Assembly (NCBI RefSeq): GCF_001194135.2
Contig: NC_068982.1
Coordinates: forward strand, 124,518,271-124,582,270
Reading direction: 5' to 3'
DNA from: Octopus bimaculoides
Lineage: Eukaryota
Length of the DNA stretch: 64,000 nucleotides
Shown: piece by piece, positions 25,058 through 38,130 of the stretch
How the letters are laid out: every line of letters starts with the position of its first letter
Position numbering within the stretch: the stretch's first letter is position 1
Position numbers and translations under genes: made by a program
Notes under the pieces: generated by a model
What the model was told of the DNA's origin: nothing
The model's database searches: none
Seen by the model: the letters and a program-made list of their open reading frames with translations, nothing else

Positions 25058-25553
25058 CACAGGGTGCGGTGAATAAACTGTCGTCTAAATTACGCAAAAA
25101 TGAAAATAACACTGACATCTCATTTTAACAGATATATTTACCAAAAATACATAAAAATATCTTGAAATACTAAAGAATAAATTTATTCAATAAAATCCCC
25201 ATTGGCTTCAGCCATGGCCTCCAGACGACTTCATAATCTCCTGCAACCCTTTTAGACGATCTTGTTTAAGTTGGTGAATGGTGCCATAATCCTTGTCTTC
25301 AGTTCATCTTTGGTGTTACAAGGAGTTTTGTTGGTATCTCGCTCAACTGCATCCCACACATAATAATCAAGGAGGTTGCAGTCTGGGGAGTTAGGTAGCC
25401 AGATGTTAGGGGTGATGTAGTCGCAGAAATTGTCTGACAGCCATGACTGGGTTCTCCTGCTTGTGTGGCATAGTGCAGAGTCCTGTTGCCAGATGTAGGG
25501 TCTTCAAGCAGCCACCCTCTTGACCCAGGACAGCACTACCTCCTTCAGGCACA
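25058..25553 (-). mobile_element. mariner DD37D (maT-like) transposon 3' fragment
   Basis: Minus strand reads RPYIWQQDSALCHTSRRTQSWLSDNFCDYITPNIWLPNSPDCNLLDYYVW, with 37 residues between QQD and LLD. A TIR-like CAGGGTGCGGTGAATAAA begins at 25060. Confidence 0.88.
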
Positions 25554-25595
<42 letters not shown>

Positions 25596-25936
25596 AAATA
25601 GTAAATGAGTATATGCATATNNNNNNNNNNNNNNNNNNNNNNNNNNNNNNNNNNNNNNNNNNNNNNNNNNNNNNNNNNNNNNNNNNNNNNNNNNNNNNNN
25701 NNNNNNNNNNNNNNNNNNNNNNNNNNNNNNNNNNNNNNNNNNNNNNNNNNNNNNNNNNNNNNNNNNNNNNNNNNNNNNNNNNNNNNNNNNNNNNNNNNNN
25801 NNNNNNNNNNNNNNNNNNNNNNNNNNNNNNNNNNNNNNNNNNNNNNNNNNNNNNNNNNNNNNNNNNNNNNNNNNNNNNNNNNNNNNNNNNNNNNNNNNNN
25901 NNNNNNNNNNNNNNNNNNNNNNNNNNNNNNNNNNNN

Positions 25937-26005
<69 letters not shown>

Positions 26006-26624
26006 AATAAATATGTATACATGTATGTATGTAAGTATGTATGTTTGTATAGATATAGATGTATATACATAGACATTCTCACAAATTCACACGCATACAT
26101 TCGCGCTCACAAAAGCACTCACACACACACACAATATTCATATGATGAATATTTTTTTTTATTTTACTCTAACATAGCATCTTCAAACACGACATCAAAG
26201 CCAAAATACGTCAATAACTAGATTTCAAGAAGTGTTATGAGATTATAAAATGTAAACCCAATCCTCTTTAAAACCATAGAAACATCACATATGTAATGCA
26301 TATGTACATACTTTACCTTGGGAGAAGATCCTATTTATACCCTTTGGCCATCAGCGGACTCAGTTTACGTGACTAAGTGTGGAGTGTATTTTAAAGGAAA
26401 AACTGTCGTCATGCCAAAGACTGAACTTAGATGTTTAACGAATCAATGATTGTTAGACATTTTAAGAACATGTCCTTGAGTGTTCTGGCATCGCGATTCT
26501 TTGTCCACATGCAACTTTACACATACATATACACGAATATGTGTGTCTATATATGCATGTATATTATATATGTATGTGCATGTGTATTTAAGTATAATAT
26601 ATATTTTATTTTATTTTATTTATA

Positions 26625-26683
26625 TCTATATATATAAAAATGAGAATGTGTGTCTGTCTGTCTGTCTGTCTGTCGGTCTGTCG

Positions 26684-26725
<42 letters not shown>

Positions 26726-28050
26726 GTAAATCCCTAAAACTCGAGAACTACGCAACCAATTTCATTCAAATTTTACACATGCCTTACTTAGGGTTCCAGT
26801 TGTGTTTTAGTCCAAAAAAAATTATTAACTTCTTGCAGAGTTCGAGCACACGGCAACATAATATCTCCTCCACTATTTAAGTATTACGTGTCAAAAGTGA
26901 AACAAAAACACTCATGTCAAATACTTTCACTTTAAAAATGAAACTATTCCACTAANNNNNNNNNNNNNNNNNNNNNNNNNNNNNNNNNNNNNNNNNNNNN
27001 NNNNNNNNNNNNNNNNNNNNNNNNNNNNNNNNNNNNNNNNNNNNNNNNNNNNNNNNNNNNNNNNNNNNNNNNNNNNNNNNNNNNNNNNNNNNNNNNNNNN
27101 NNNNNNNNNNNNNNNNNNNNNNNNNNNNNNNNNNNNNNNNNNNNNNNNNNNNNNNNNNNNNNNNNNNNNNNNNNNNNNNNNNNNNNNNNNNNNNNNNNNN
27201 NNNNNNNNNNNNNNNNNNNNNNNNNNNNNNNNNNNNNNNNNNNNNNNNNNNNNNNNNNNNNNNNNNNNNNNNNNNNNNNNNNNNNNNNNNNNNNNNNNNN
27301 NNNNNNNNNNNNNNNNNNNNNNNNNNNNNNNNNNNNNNNNNNNNNNNNNNNNNNNNNNNNNNNNNNNNNNNNNNNNNNNNNNNNNNNNNNNNNNNNNNNN
27401 NNNNNNNNNNNNNNNNNNNNNNNNNNNNNNNNNNNNNNNNNNNNNNNNNNNNNNNNNNNNNNNNNNNNNNNNNNNNNNNNNNNNNNNNNNNNNNNNNNNN
27501 NNNNNNNNNNNNNNNNNNNNNNNNNNNNNNNNNNNNNNNNNNNNNNNNNNNNNNNNNNNNNNNNNNNNNNNNNNNNNNNNNNNNNNNNNNNNNNNNNNNN
27601 NNNNNNNNNNNNNNNNNNNNNNNNNNNNNNNNNNNNNNNNNNNNNNNNNNNNNNNNNNNNNNNNNNNNNNNNNNNNNNNNNNNNNNNNNNNNNNNNNNNN
27701 TGGTCTTCTCTTGGAAGAGCCCTGCTTCTCACATGGACAACTGTATGTTGGCTGCTCAAGAGAGGGCAGCAACAAAAAACCTATTTGTATATGCTCCACA
27801 AGGGAAAACAAGGAACATAGTTTACAATGAGGTGTTATAATCACAACAGCAAGAAAGTATGTACATGATCACCTTCTTTTACGAAACTTCATTGACTTTC
27901 ATATATTTATATTGATATACATATATATACGTGTGTTTGGGTGCGTGTGTGTATATACATTTCTATATATAAAGATGATGCGTAGTCTAGACGGCGTTTT
28001 TAGATTTCATTATTCTCTTTAACCCGGGCAACGCCCGGTATTTCTGCTAG
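26625..28050 (+). mobile_element. Helitron, internally deleted (spans an N gap)
   Basis: 5' A|TCTATATATATAAAA at 26625 followed by (CTGT)n. 3' hairpin CCGGGC-AAC-GCCCGG (28024-28038) and CTAG|T at 28047-28051. Continuity across the gap is inferred. Confidence 0.8.
27702..27840 (+). pseudogene. Helitron RepHel (Pif1-like helicase) C-terminal remnant
   Basis: GLLLEEPCFSHGQLYVGCSREGSNK, then a +1 frameshift in an A-run, then NLFVYAPQGKTRNIVYNEVL*. This matches the FSHGQLYVAxSR...NVVYxEVL end of RepHel proteins. Confidence 0.9.
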
Positions 28051-28118
28051 TAGTATATATATATTTCATATATGTATTATATCTATTTTATATATGCATC
28101 ATATCTACTATCTGTCCG

Positions 28119-28180
<62 letters not shown>

Positions 28181-28193
28181 CATCCATCCATCC

Positions 28194-28254
<61 letters not shown>

Positions 28255-28504
28255 CATGTATTATGTACATTCTTTTACTCTTTTGTTTCACTCATTTGAC
28301 TGCGGCCATGCTGGAGGGGTTTTTTAGACGGAGAAATCGACCCCAGGACTTATTCATTGTAAGCCTAGTACTAATTCTATCGGTCTCTTTTGTCGAACGT
28401 GTGTTTACCGGCTATAGTAGCTTTTATCGGCTATAGTAGAAGACACTTGCCCAAAGTGCAACGCAGTGGAACTGAACTCTAAACCATGTGGTCGGGAAGC
28501 AAGT

Positions 28505-28735
28505 TACTTATTTCTTATATTTCTTTATTGCCCTCAAGGGGCTAAACATACAAGGGACAAACAAGGACAGACTAAGGGATTAAGTCGATTACATCGACGC
28601 CAGTGCGTAACATGTACTTAATTTATCCCGAAAGGATGAAAGCAAAGTCGACCTCGGCGAAATTTGAACTCAGAACGTAGCGGCAGACGAAATACCACTA
28701 AGCATTTCGCCAGGCGTGCTAACGTTTCTGCCAGC
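28505..28735 (-). mobile_element. SINE family A
   Basis: Reverse complement of the consensus, including the GGGACAAACAAGGACAGAC tail. Confidence 0.85.
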
Positions 28736-28839
28736 ACACCACAAGCTTCTTACCACACAGCTACGCGTGCACCTATGTATGTATGTATGCATGTATGTAT
28801 GTATGTATGTATGTATGTATGTATGTATGTATGTATGTA

Positions 28840-28870
<31 letters not shown>

Positions 28871-29110
28871 ATATGTATGTATGTGTGAATACATATAGAT
28901 GTATAGTTCTATCAGGCTGTTTTAAATCTGAAAACGTGCCTTCCTGAAGTAGTCCATCAGCCTTGTTCTTAGGAACAAAGACACCGGAATACACACATAT
29001 ACACGCATGTAGACATACAAACACACATACATACATACTTACATACACACATACATAAATGCACAAATGCATAAGCACATACACCCGCCCGCATACTCTG
29101 GTACAGGCCC

Positions 29111-29172
<62 letters not shown>

Positions 29173-31088
29173 ATATACACATACACATATGTATCTATAC
29201 ACATATGTATGTATGTATATGTAATTATCACGGCCATCACTTTCGAGCGAACATACCATGGTAAAACGTAGCATGAAGTTGCGAACAGGCATCGATAAGC
29301 TTTCTACTGCCACTCTTCGGTAGGTGGAACAGTTGGACGCAGGGAGAAGGATGCACTAGCATTGTGGCTCATTCCAGCCGAGGAGACTGGAGCAACACAA
29401 AATTATATGCTTTAACATTGTAATTGAGAGCCCAGTCTCAAATCCACTAAGCCGTGCACCTTTACTCACACACGCACACATGCATACTACTTTACCTACA
29501 AATATCTGACACGATCCCTAGAATTAATAAGAGGAGAGCTTCATCTAGTTCCCATGACTTATAAATGACTAAGATTATAAGATCCCATTTGAATGGGACG
29601 CCGGTTCGTCTCAAGGATAACGTAGTTATTGCTGAATACAGCTAAGTGGATTGTAGTAACGTGTTTTACTCAAGAGCACAATGCACCGCTCGATCCAGGA
29701 ATTGAAACCACGATCTCAGGACCACTCTAAACACCATGCCACGCGAATTCACTCATACATATCCACGAATGTAAATGGACATGCATAAATTATCTCTTTA
29801 GTATTTACGGTTTTCGATAGATAGAAAAACATATCAAAGGAAAGATGCAGAAATTGAATTGGAAATAGTTGAATTGTAAAACGGCATTGAAATTTCTCTC
29901 GGTTTCAGGCTAAGTCAAAGATCATCTTCATGAATCATCGAAATTATACGGAAATATAGCAAGATGAGTGGACAGAATTTGTACGGAGCGTTGCTATAGA
30001 GACAATAATACGTGATATATATTGTACAAACGGATATAACATATCGATGCTAGAATGGACAGCACACATGGAACAAGAAGATTCCCGGAAACATGTGAGA
30101 ATCGAAGAAACCAAAGGAAAATTGGGCAGAAGCTTAGCCAATAAATAGCTTCTCTTAAATAACAGCAACGTATTTCATTAGAAATACGACTGTTTTCGAT
30201 CGGTTATTGTTATAGGTTATACCATGTCCAATATAGTTTATGGCATGTAAAAGGAAAAACTGCAGTTAGTGTCCTTTATATCGGATATTCACTGTTGTTT
30301 AACAACTTCAAAGCTGGAGAGCGTAGCAGTAACAGAAGAATCTTAAGAAACGGAGCAGAAGCAATAACAAACGCTATCTCACGTATACAACAACAACAAC
30401 AACGACAACCAAAGTACATGACACATCAGCCGTAGTAGTTGTGGTGATAGCAGAAGCAACAACATTTCTCTGTTTGTTATGTAAGAGGAGTTAACTAGTT
30501 GTAAAGTACTTGAGTTTCAACTCTAGAATATAAATATAAATAGCACAATATGAAACGGTAGCTATGTGTGTGCGCACACACCTACATGCCAACGCGCATA
30601 CATGCACACATACGTTAAATAAAAGTACACACAGACACACACACACACACACACGTATCTATACATTTCTCCCCTCTCTTTCTCATATATATATATGTAT
30701 ATGTGTGTGTATATATNNNNNNNNNNNNNNNNNNNNNNNNNNNNNNNNNNNNNNNNNNNNNNNNNNNNNNNNNNNNNNNNNNNNNNNNNNNNNNNNNNNN
30801 NNNNNNNNNNNNNNNNNNNNNNNNNNNNNNNNNNNNNNNNNNNNNNNNNNNNNNNNNNNNNNNNNNNNNNNNNNNNNNNNNNNNNNNNNNNNNNNNNNNN
30901 NNNNNNNNNNNNNNNNNNNNNNNNNNNNNNNNNNNNNNNNNNNNNNNNNNNNNNNNNNNNNNNNNNNNNNNNNNNNNNNNNNNNNNNNNNNNNNNNNNNN
31001 NNNNNNNNNNNNNNNNNNNNNNNNNNNNNNNNNNNNNNNNNNNNNNNNNNNNNNNNNNNNNNNNNNNNNNNNNNNNNNNNNNNNNNNN

Positions 31089-31144
<56 letters not shown>

Positions 31145-31398
31145 TGTATGCATTTGTCTCCCAATATCGCTTGAAAACTGGTGTTGGTGTATTTACGTCT
31201 CTTCAACTTAGCAGTTCGGCAAAAGATGCTGATAGAATAAGTACCAGGCTTAAAAGTGATAAGTTCTGGGGACGATTCGTTCGACTAAAGTTCTTCAGTT
31301 CAGTGCCTCAGCATGGCCGCAGTCTAATGACTGAAACAAGTAAAAGATAAAACGTATATATATAATATACACATATACAAATATTCATTCACACACAT

Positions 31399-31741
31399 GC
31401 GGTGAACTTTCCCTTGACCATCGTGACAGAGGGGCACCAAAGAAGAGTTAGAAGACCTGTTTGAAAACAACCCTTGCTGGGTGTCATATCAACTAATGCC
31501 AGTGGTCCACTGTAGCCGAGGACCATGACACTTGACGTCTCACTATCAACCATGTTGTCTCCTCTTCCGAAAGCAGTCATAGGGCCACTCTCAGTGACAA
31601 AAGGCGCAGGAGAAAGAACCACAACACAACGTCATCAAATCCAGACAAGACCAGACCTTCAACTGCAGTCATTGCGGCCGTGCCTACATGTCCCGCATTG
31701 GCCTTGTCAGCCACGAGCATACCTGCAGTCAACGTGGACCA
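31399..31741 (+). mobile_element. RTE-BovB-like LINE 3' fragment
   Basis: GELSLDHRDRGAPKK...LSDKRRRRK...FNCSHCGRAYMSRIGLVSHEH, the typical BovB-group C-terminus. Confidence 0.85.
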
Positions 31742-31773
<32 letters not shown>

Positions 31774-31840
31774 NNNNNNNNNNNNNNNNNNNNNNNNNNN
31801 NNNNNNNNNNNNNNNNNNNNNNNNNNNNNNNNNATATGTA

Positions 31841-31892
<52 letters not shown>

Positions 31893-33609
31893 CATAAGAA
31901 CGTCGAAACTCAGTACACACGAACACGCTCACATTTGTATATGTGGAATCGGTAAGTGAAGTAGGGAAAGAATTATTAAGCAAAGGAGCGACGTTCTAAA
32001 TTCTCAGCGTTTAAAAAAATATTCTTCGTTCATCGAACTTTTCCTTTTAGTGAGAGAAAGCAAAACTTCAAGCAGCAAGCGTTGAAAAGGGGAGATAATT
32101 TGAAAGAGTTAAGAAATAAGCTATGAAAGTTAATATGCAAGCTTAGGCCGAAAGTCTGTTCAAGGGGGGACAACTAAAATTATATTTCGGTCTATTAGAT
32201 CTCATCAGCATAGTAAAGTTTGCTGCCAAAAATTTTTGCATATACAAAATAATTACGAAGAATTTTTGACCAGCACAATTTTCATAAGAAATAAAATGAG
32301 GTTAAAGGAAATAATCATTGCTTGTATAATTGCCCTAAATCAAATTCATTTAACTTTTGTCGAACCTTCTTGGTAATGTCTTTCCATAAAAAAATGTATT
32401 AACTACGAAACATTTATACCCATTCCCCTCCAAACATAACAGACACTGACGAACACACACTCTTACACGGACACTCCCCACACACAGCGTGCATATTCAC
32501 ACACATAGATATACGGTCGCTGCTGAGGCAACTTTTCGTTTTCCACTGATTTATTGTGTTTTTACCATAGCAAGTCGACAAGACGATTACCGCAGTATAT
32601 GGCCTGGCAACGGTGTACATGCATTAAGTATGATACGTAGATAGCTATTTTAATTTAATACTGCATCAATAGCATGTATCGAATTTTTATTCCTCAGCGT
32701 GGCAAAGAAAATCTCGTCCGGGCATATTGGTGGAAAAAAATTTTGTCCAGGCATGTGGCAGGCTGAAAAGGCCCCAAAAGGCTGAAATACTTCCGGAGTT
32801 CTCGCTAGCCGCCGCTGGCGGAGTTTTACGTCTCCTTCCAATATGTATTTTGCTTTTAGCACACATCCATAAGAGATGTTATCTCTGGACGAAAACTGGA
32901 GTAACTGGCCTATCAACAGTGTACATACATTAAGTATATGCACGCGCGCGCGCACACACTCGTATGAAATTATATTTATACATATACATAAACGTATATG
33001 TATATATGCATGTATAAATATATATATATACATACATATGTATGTGTATATATATACATATACATACATATATATACAAACATTTATATGTATGTGCATA
33101 TATCTACAGATGTTTACGTGTAATATGTATGTATATAAATGTAATGAACACATGTATATATATATAATATAAGCATGTCAGCATGTATAAATGGGTATAT
33201 GAGTGTAATTATTTTTAAGCACATCCGGTATTGAAATAGTTGTGTAATTTTAAATAAATGGCCTGCCTTAATCAGAGAGTGTCAATTTCCTGTTTAGACC
33301 AAGGACGCAACAAGAGAAGACAAACTGTGTGAACAGAATATGTTTTGACTTGCTGCAAAAGAAATACAGCTCTTGGAGTCAAGTATGTGTGTGTATGTGT
33401 GGGTGTGTGTGAGGGTGTTTGGTGACGGTGCGCATATGCGCATGTGGGTAAGTATCGTGTAAAGTTGACGTGAAACCAGTGATAAATGTATGGGAGCTGT
33501 CATGTATTGGTAAGTCGACGAGAGACCAATGTATAGGAGGTGACATGCGCATGCGCACATGTGTATACCCGCATCCATATTTGCCTCTGTGTGTGTGTGT
33601 GTGTGTTGA

Positions 33610-33677
<68 letters not shown>

Positions 33678-33679
33678 AG

Positions 33680-34025
33680 TATATCGTTTCTCTAAAACTT
33701 GTTTCAGTCATTAGACTGAGGTCATGCTGGGGCACTCTCTTGAAAAATTTTAGCCGAACGAATTGACCCCAGGATTTACTTTTTTAAAATCTGGTACTGG
33801 TGGTATTTATCCTATCCCTCTCTTTTGCCGAACCGCTATGTTACGTGAATGTAAACATACCAACGACGGGTTTCTGTCAGTTCCCATCTACTAAACCCGC
33901 TCATAAGGTTTCGGTCGTCCCGAAGCTATAGCAGAAAACACTTGTCCAGATTGACACGCAGTGGCTGAACCTGCAACTGTGGGGCTGGGAAGCAAAGCAA
34001 ATTTATTACCTTACAGCCACACTTG
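33680..34025 (-). mobile_element. SINE family E, diverged (other partial copies: - 28270-28510, + 5270-5480, + 31150-31352)
   Basis: TTGTTTCAGTCATT...CATGCTGG...GAACCGCTA...GAAAACACTTGTCC...CAGTGGCTGAACC. Confidence 0.75.
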
Positions 34026-34046
34026 CATCATACATACATACATACA

Positions 34047-34080
<34 letters not shown>

Positions 34081-34095
34081 CATACATACAAACAT

Positions 34096-34482
34096 GTTAT
34101 TGGCACTCCGTCGCTTACGACGTCGAGAGTTCCAGTTGATCCGATCAATGGAACAGCCTGCTCGTGAAATTAACGTGAAAGTGACCGAGCACTCCACAGA
34201 CACGTGTACCCTTAACGTAGTTCTCGGGGGATATTCAGCGTGACACAGAATGTGACATGACTGGCCCTTTGAAATACAGGTACAACAGAAACAGGAAGAT
34301 AGAGTGAGAGAAAGTTGTGGTGAAAGAGTACAGCAGGGTTCACCACCATCTCCTGCCGGAGCATCGTGTAACTTTAGGTGTTTTCGCTCAATAAACACTA
34401 ACAACGCCCGGTCTGGGAATCGAAACCGCAATCCTACGATCGCGAGTCCGCTGCCCTAACCACTGGGCCATTGCGCCTCCAC
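34096..34482 (-). mobile_element. SINE family B, full length
   Basis: Same family; probable TSD ACATACAAACAT (34084-34095, 34487-34498). Confidence 0.9.
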
Positions 34483-34580
34483 ACACACATACAAACATAC
34501 ATACATACATACATACATACAGTCATGCATACATACATACATACATACATACATACATACATACATACATACATACATAC

Positions 34581-35190
34581 AAATGTCATCACTGTATTAT
34601 CTACCGATGAGAAATGATGTAGCTAGGATATTGTATAACGAGATCCGTCGAAAGGATAACCCCGAGAACAAAGAAATAAGAACCCACAATATAGTGGAAG
34701 CCATAGTCACTCATAATACAAAAGGAGTACTGGTGGAATGTCCCAGTGAAAACCTCAATAAAATGTAAACACAATAGGCCTGATATAATGATTTGGGATA
34801 GAGAAGAGAAACAGTGTACAGTTGTGGAAATTAACTGCCCAGCGGATGTTAACATAAAGCTGAAGATCAGTGAAGAGAATACCTACGCCGAACTATTGAG
34901 AAATTTGAAGTTGCTCTATCCAGATTAGACGTTCAGGTTTATACCTGTAATTATTGGGGCCCTGGAATATGTAACACACTGCCTAAATACCAATCTTGAG
35001 AAATTAGGCTTCTCAATACCAGAAAGGAGAAAGCTGATTCGAAGATTACAGATCCAAGTCATCGCTGGAACTGTAAAAATCTGTAAAACTTTCCAGAAGT
35101 TTATCATTTACATATATACGAGCATGTCTAGATATGTAAATATATGCATGAGAAGACATACATAAAACAAAACATACAAAGCTGCACGTA
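34581..35190 (+). mobile_element. R4/Dong-like non-LTR retrotransposon 3' fragment (RLE endonuclease), copy 1
   Basis: MSSLYYLPMRNDVARILYN...EYWWNVP...KHNRPDIMIWDREEKQCTVVEINCPADVN...FIPVIIGAL...IAGTVKICKTF across frameshifts, showing the PD-(D/E)xK-type RLE signature. Confidence 0.85.
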
Positions 35191-35244
35191 TACATACATA
35201 CATACATACATACATACATACATACATACATACATACGTGCATG

Positions 35245-36345
35245 CATAGAAGTGGTCATTACAAGAACTCGGTGAGATAGAGGTTCGATCTCGCAAGCTT
35301 CTCAGTGTCACAGGAAACTACAACACCAATGGAGATATAGGCACGCTTTACTTTCCATGCAAGGATAATGGCCGTGATCCTAAATCTGTATTGATGTCAT
35401 ATGAAGCACGGATTGTGAAACAACATCTGCAGCAAAGGAAGAAGTTTGTGACCACAAAACTAACAACGTTATTAGAATAGCTAATAGAGGGGAGGTATGA
35501 AATAGGAGCTGATACAGACCTCTCCCCAGGGAGCATTGGTAAAAATCTATATATTAGAAAAACAGAAAAAAATGGAGCAGTTAACTGAGAAGATAGTGCA
35601 TGTGTAGTTGGTACGTAAAACACAAGCCATAGATGGGACTGATCAAGTCAAAAGCTCGGCATGGAATACCGACAAGTTTATGACATCTCAATATGAAGGC
35701 TACATCTATGTAGTCCAACAACAAGAGATCCTCACAAAATACCTACAGCAAACAGAAAACGTTGACAGACAAAAAAATGTAGGCTTTGCAAAACCAAGAC
35801 TGAAGACATCACCCTAGTTATTGTCAACAGCAAGAGAATGTCTTCCAGATATCATCTTCCCATGAAGCATAATGCGGTGGTCAGAACGGTGTGGAACAGG
35901 ATAACAAAACAGAAAATACCTACAAAGTCGATTATATTGAGACTGACGGGTCAAAAGAATACTGGTGGAACTTAATAACTAAAACAGCCATCAAGTTAAA
36001 ACACAACTGGCCAGATATTGTTGTGTGGAATCACAAAGAAAAGATATGCTCTGTTGTGGAAATCAGCTGCCCTCTGGACACAAATGTGTTTAGAAAAGAG
36101 AAAGAGGACATCTATGGATTATTGATAAAGAGTTTGCAAATCCAGTACTCAAGATACACTTTCATCTTTATACCTATTATTATTGGAGCAACAGGATACA
36201 TACCAACGCATCTGGAACAAAGCATGACTGAACTTGAGATCTCATGGGGGAAAATGCAAATTGTTAGTTCATATGCTACAAGAGTTCACGATATCTGGAA
36301 CTATAAAAATCTGCTAGACTTGACCCGTCAAAATTTACTCTAAAA
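35245..36345 (+). mobile_element. R4/Dong-like non-LTR retrotransposon 3' fragment, copy 2 (diverged subfamily)
   Basis: WSLQELGEIEVRSRKLL...LYFP (thumb region), SQYEGYIYVVQQQEILTK, a degenerate zinc knuckle KCRLCKTKTEDI, then EYWWN...KHNWPDIVVW...VVEISCPLD...FIPIIIGA...ISGTIKIC. Confidence 0.85.
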
Positions 36346-36426
36346 TTAAAAAGAAAACAAGAATAAGCATATACACATAAGCATGCGCGCGCGCACACAC
36401 ATATATGCATGTATGCATGTATGTAT

Positions 36427-36817
36427 ATGGAGGCGCAATGGCCCTGTGGTTAGGGCAGCAATCTCGCGGTCATAGGATCGCGGTTTCGATTCCCAGACCA
36501 GGCATTGTGAGTGTTTATTGAGCGAAAACACCTAAACCTCCACGAGGCTCCGGCAGGGGATGGTGGCGAACCTTGCTGTACTCTTTCACCACAACTTTCT
36601 CTCACTCTTACATCCTGTTTCTGTTGTACCTGTATTTCAAAGGGCCAGCCTTGTCACACTGTGTCACGCTGAATCTCCCCGAGAACTACGTTAAGGGTAC
36701 ACGTGTCTGTGGATTGATCAGCCACTTGCACGTTAATTTCACGAGCAGGCTGTTCCGTTGATCGGATCGACTGGAACCCTCGTCGTCGTAAGCGACGGAG
36801 TGCCAACAACAAGCATG
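36427..36817 (+). mobile_element. SINE family B, full length
   Basis: TGGAGGCGCAATGGCCCTGTGGTTAGGG...GAGTGCCAACAACAA. Confidence 0.9.
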
Positions 36818-37178
36818 NNNNNNNNNNNNNNNNNNNNNNNNNNNNNNNNNNNNNNNNNNNNNNNNNNNNNNNNNNNNNNNNNNNNNNNNNNNNNNNNNNN
36901 NNNNNNNNNNNNNNNNNNNNNNNNNNNNNNNNNNNNNNNNNNNNNNNNNNNNNNNNNNNNNNNNNNNNNNNNNNNNNNNNNNNNNNNNNNNNNNNNNNNN
37001 NNNNNNNNNNNNNNNNNNNNNNNNNNNNNNNNNNNNNNNNNNNNNNNNNNNNNNNNNNNNNNNNNNNNNNNNNNNNNNNNNNNNNNNNNNNNNNNNNNNN
37101 NNNNNNNNNNNNNNNNNNNNNATATGTACATATATATATATATATATATGTATGTACGCATATGCTTGTGTATATATG

Positions 37179-37228
<50 letters not shown>

Positions 37229-37264
37229 CATACACGTGCGCGCGCAGACACACACATTTATGTA

Positions 37265-37761
37265 GGTCTTGATTATAGGGATCACCTCGAGACACTCAAA
37301 CTTTTCTCACTCCCACGCCGCCGCGAATGCTATATCATTTATATGACGTAGAAAAATATTCCAACTACATTGCCCAAATGATGTTCGTAGCAACTTTAAA
37401 AATTCAACCAAGTCTTCGTTCCCGTGCCATCCATCCTCTTGAAAAATCATTCTCGCATCATATCACAACACTAAGACAGAACTACTGCACTTCACCTAGT
37501 CCTGCTCTTTTCAACATCATTCCAAGACACTTAAGGGTAGAAAAACATCTCATAACATTCAAATGCTTCCTAGATGAATACTTCCAAGAAATTCCAGATA
37601 AACCACCCACATCCGGATACACGTCTGAAAGCAATAACTCTTTACTCGAATGGGCTATGGTGACCAAAGAGTGACTAATAAGAAGCATCATTAAATGGGG
37701 GTTTTTTCCGACTGGTGCTATTTAATCATGGCCTGGGCCAATTCTGGTTGAAACATCCAAG

Positions 37762-37762
<1 letters not shown>
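37265..37762 (+). mobile_element. CR1-like LINE 3' fragment
   Basis: GLDYRDHLETLKLFSLPRRRECYIIY...LFNIIPRHLR...FKCFLDEYFQEIPDKPPTSGY...NNSLLEW, followed by (TATG)n. Confidence 0.8.
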
Positions 37763-37793
<31 letters not shown>

Positions 37794-37804
37794 TGTATGT
37801 ATGT

Positions 37805-38010
37805 CCACTCAGCTGGCAAAAATGAGTAGTACCTGTATTTCAAAGGGTCGGCCATGTCACGCTCTGTGTCACGCTGAGTCTCCCTGAAAACTACGTTAGG
37901 GGTACACGTGTCTGTAGATTGCTAAGTCACTTGCACGTTAATTTCACGAGCAAGCTGTTCCGTTGATCGTATCAGCTGGGACCCTCGTCGTCGTAACCGA
38001 CGGAGTGCTC
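37805..38010 (+). mobile_element. 5'-truncated SINE (family B/C shared tail)
   Basis: GTCCACTCAGCTGGCAAAAATGAG...GTACCTGTATTTCAAAGGG...CGTCGTAACCGACGGAGTG. Confidence 0.8.
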
Positions 38011-38096
38011 GTTATGTACGTATGTAGACACATAGATACATGCATACATACATGCATACATACATACATACATACATACATACATACATACATAGA

Positions 38097-38130
<34 letters not shown>

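Noticed and set aside
26310-26420. Minus-strand TATA box plus splice donor (AAG|GTAAAG)
   Set aside because: The donor is too close to the TATA motif and all frames are closed. The minus donor at about 13006 is equally unsupported.
32650-32900. Open minus-strand frame after a plausible acceptor (RDNISYGCVLKAKYILEGDVK...) in GC-rich DNA
   Set aside because: No recognisable family or convincing donor; the upstream part of the ORF is microsatellite.
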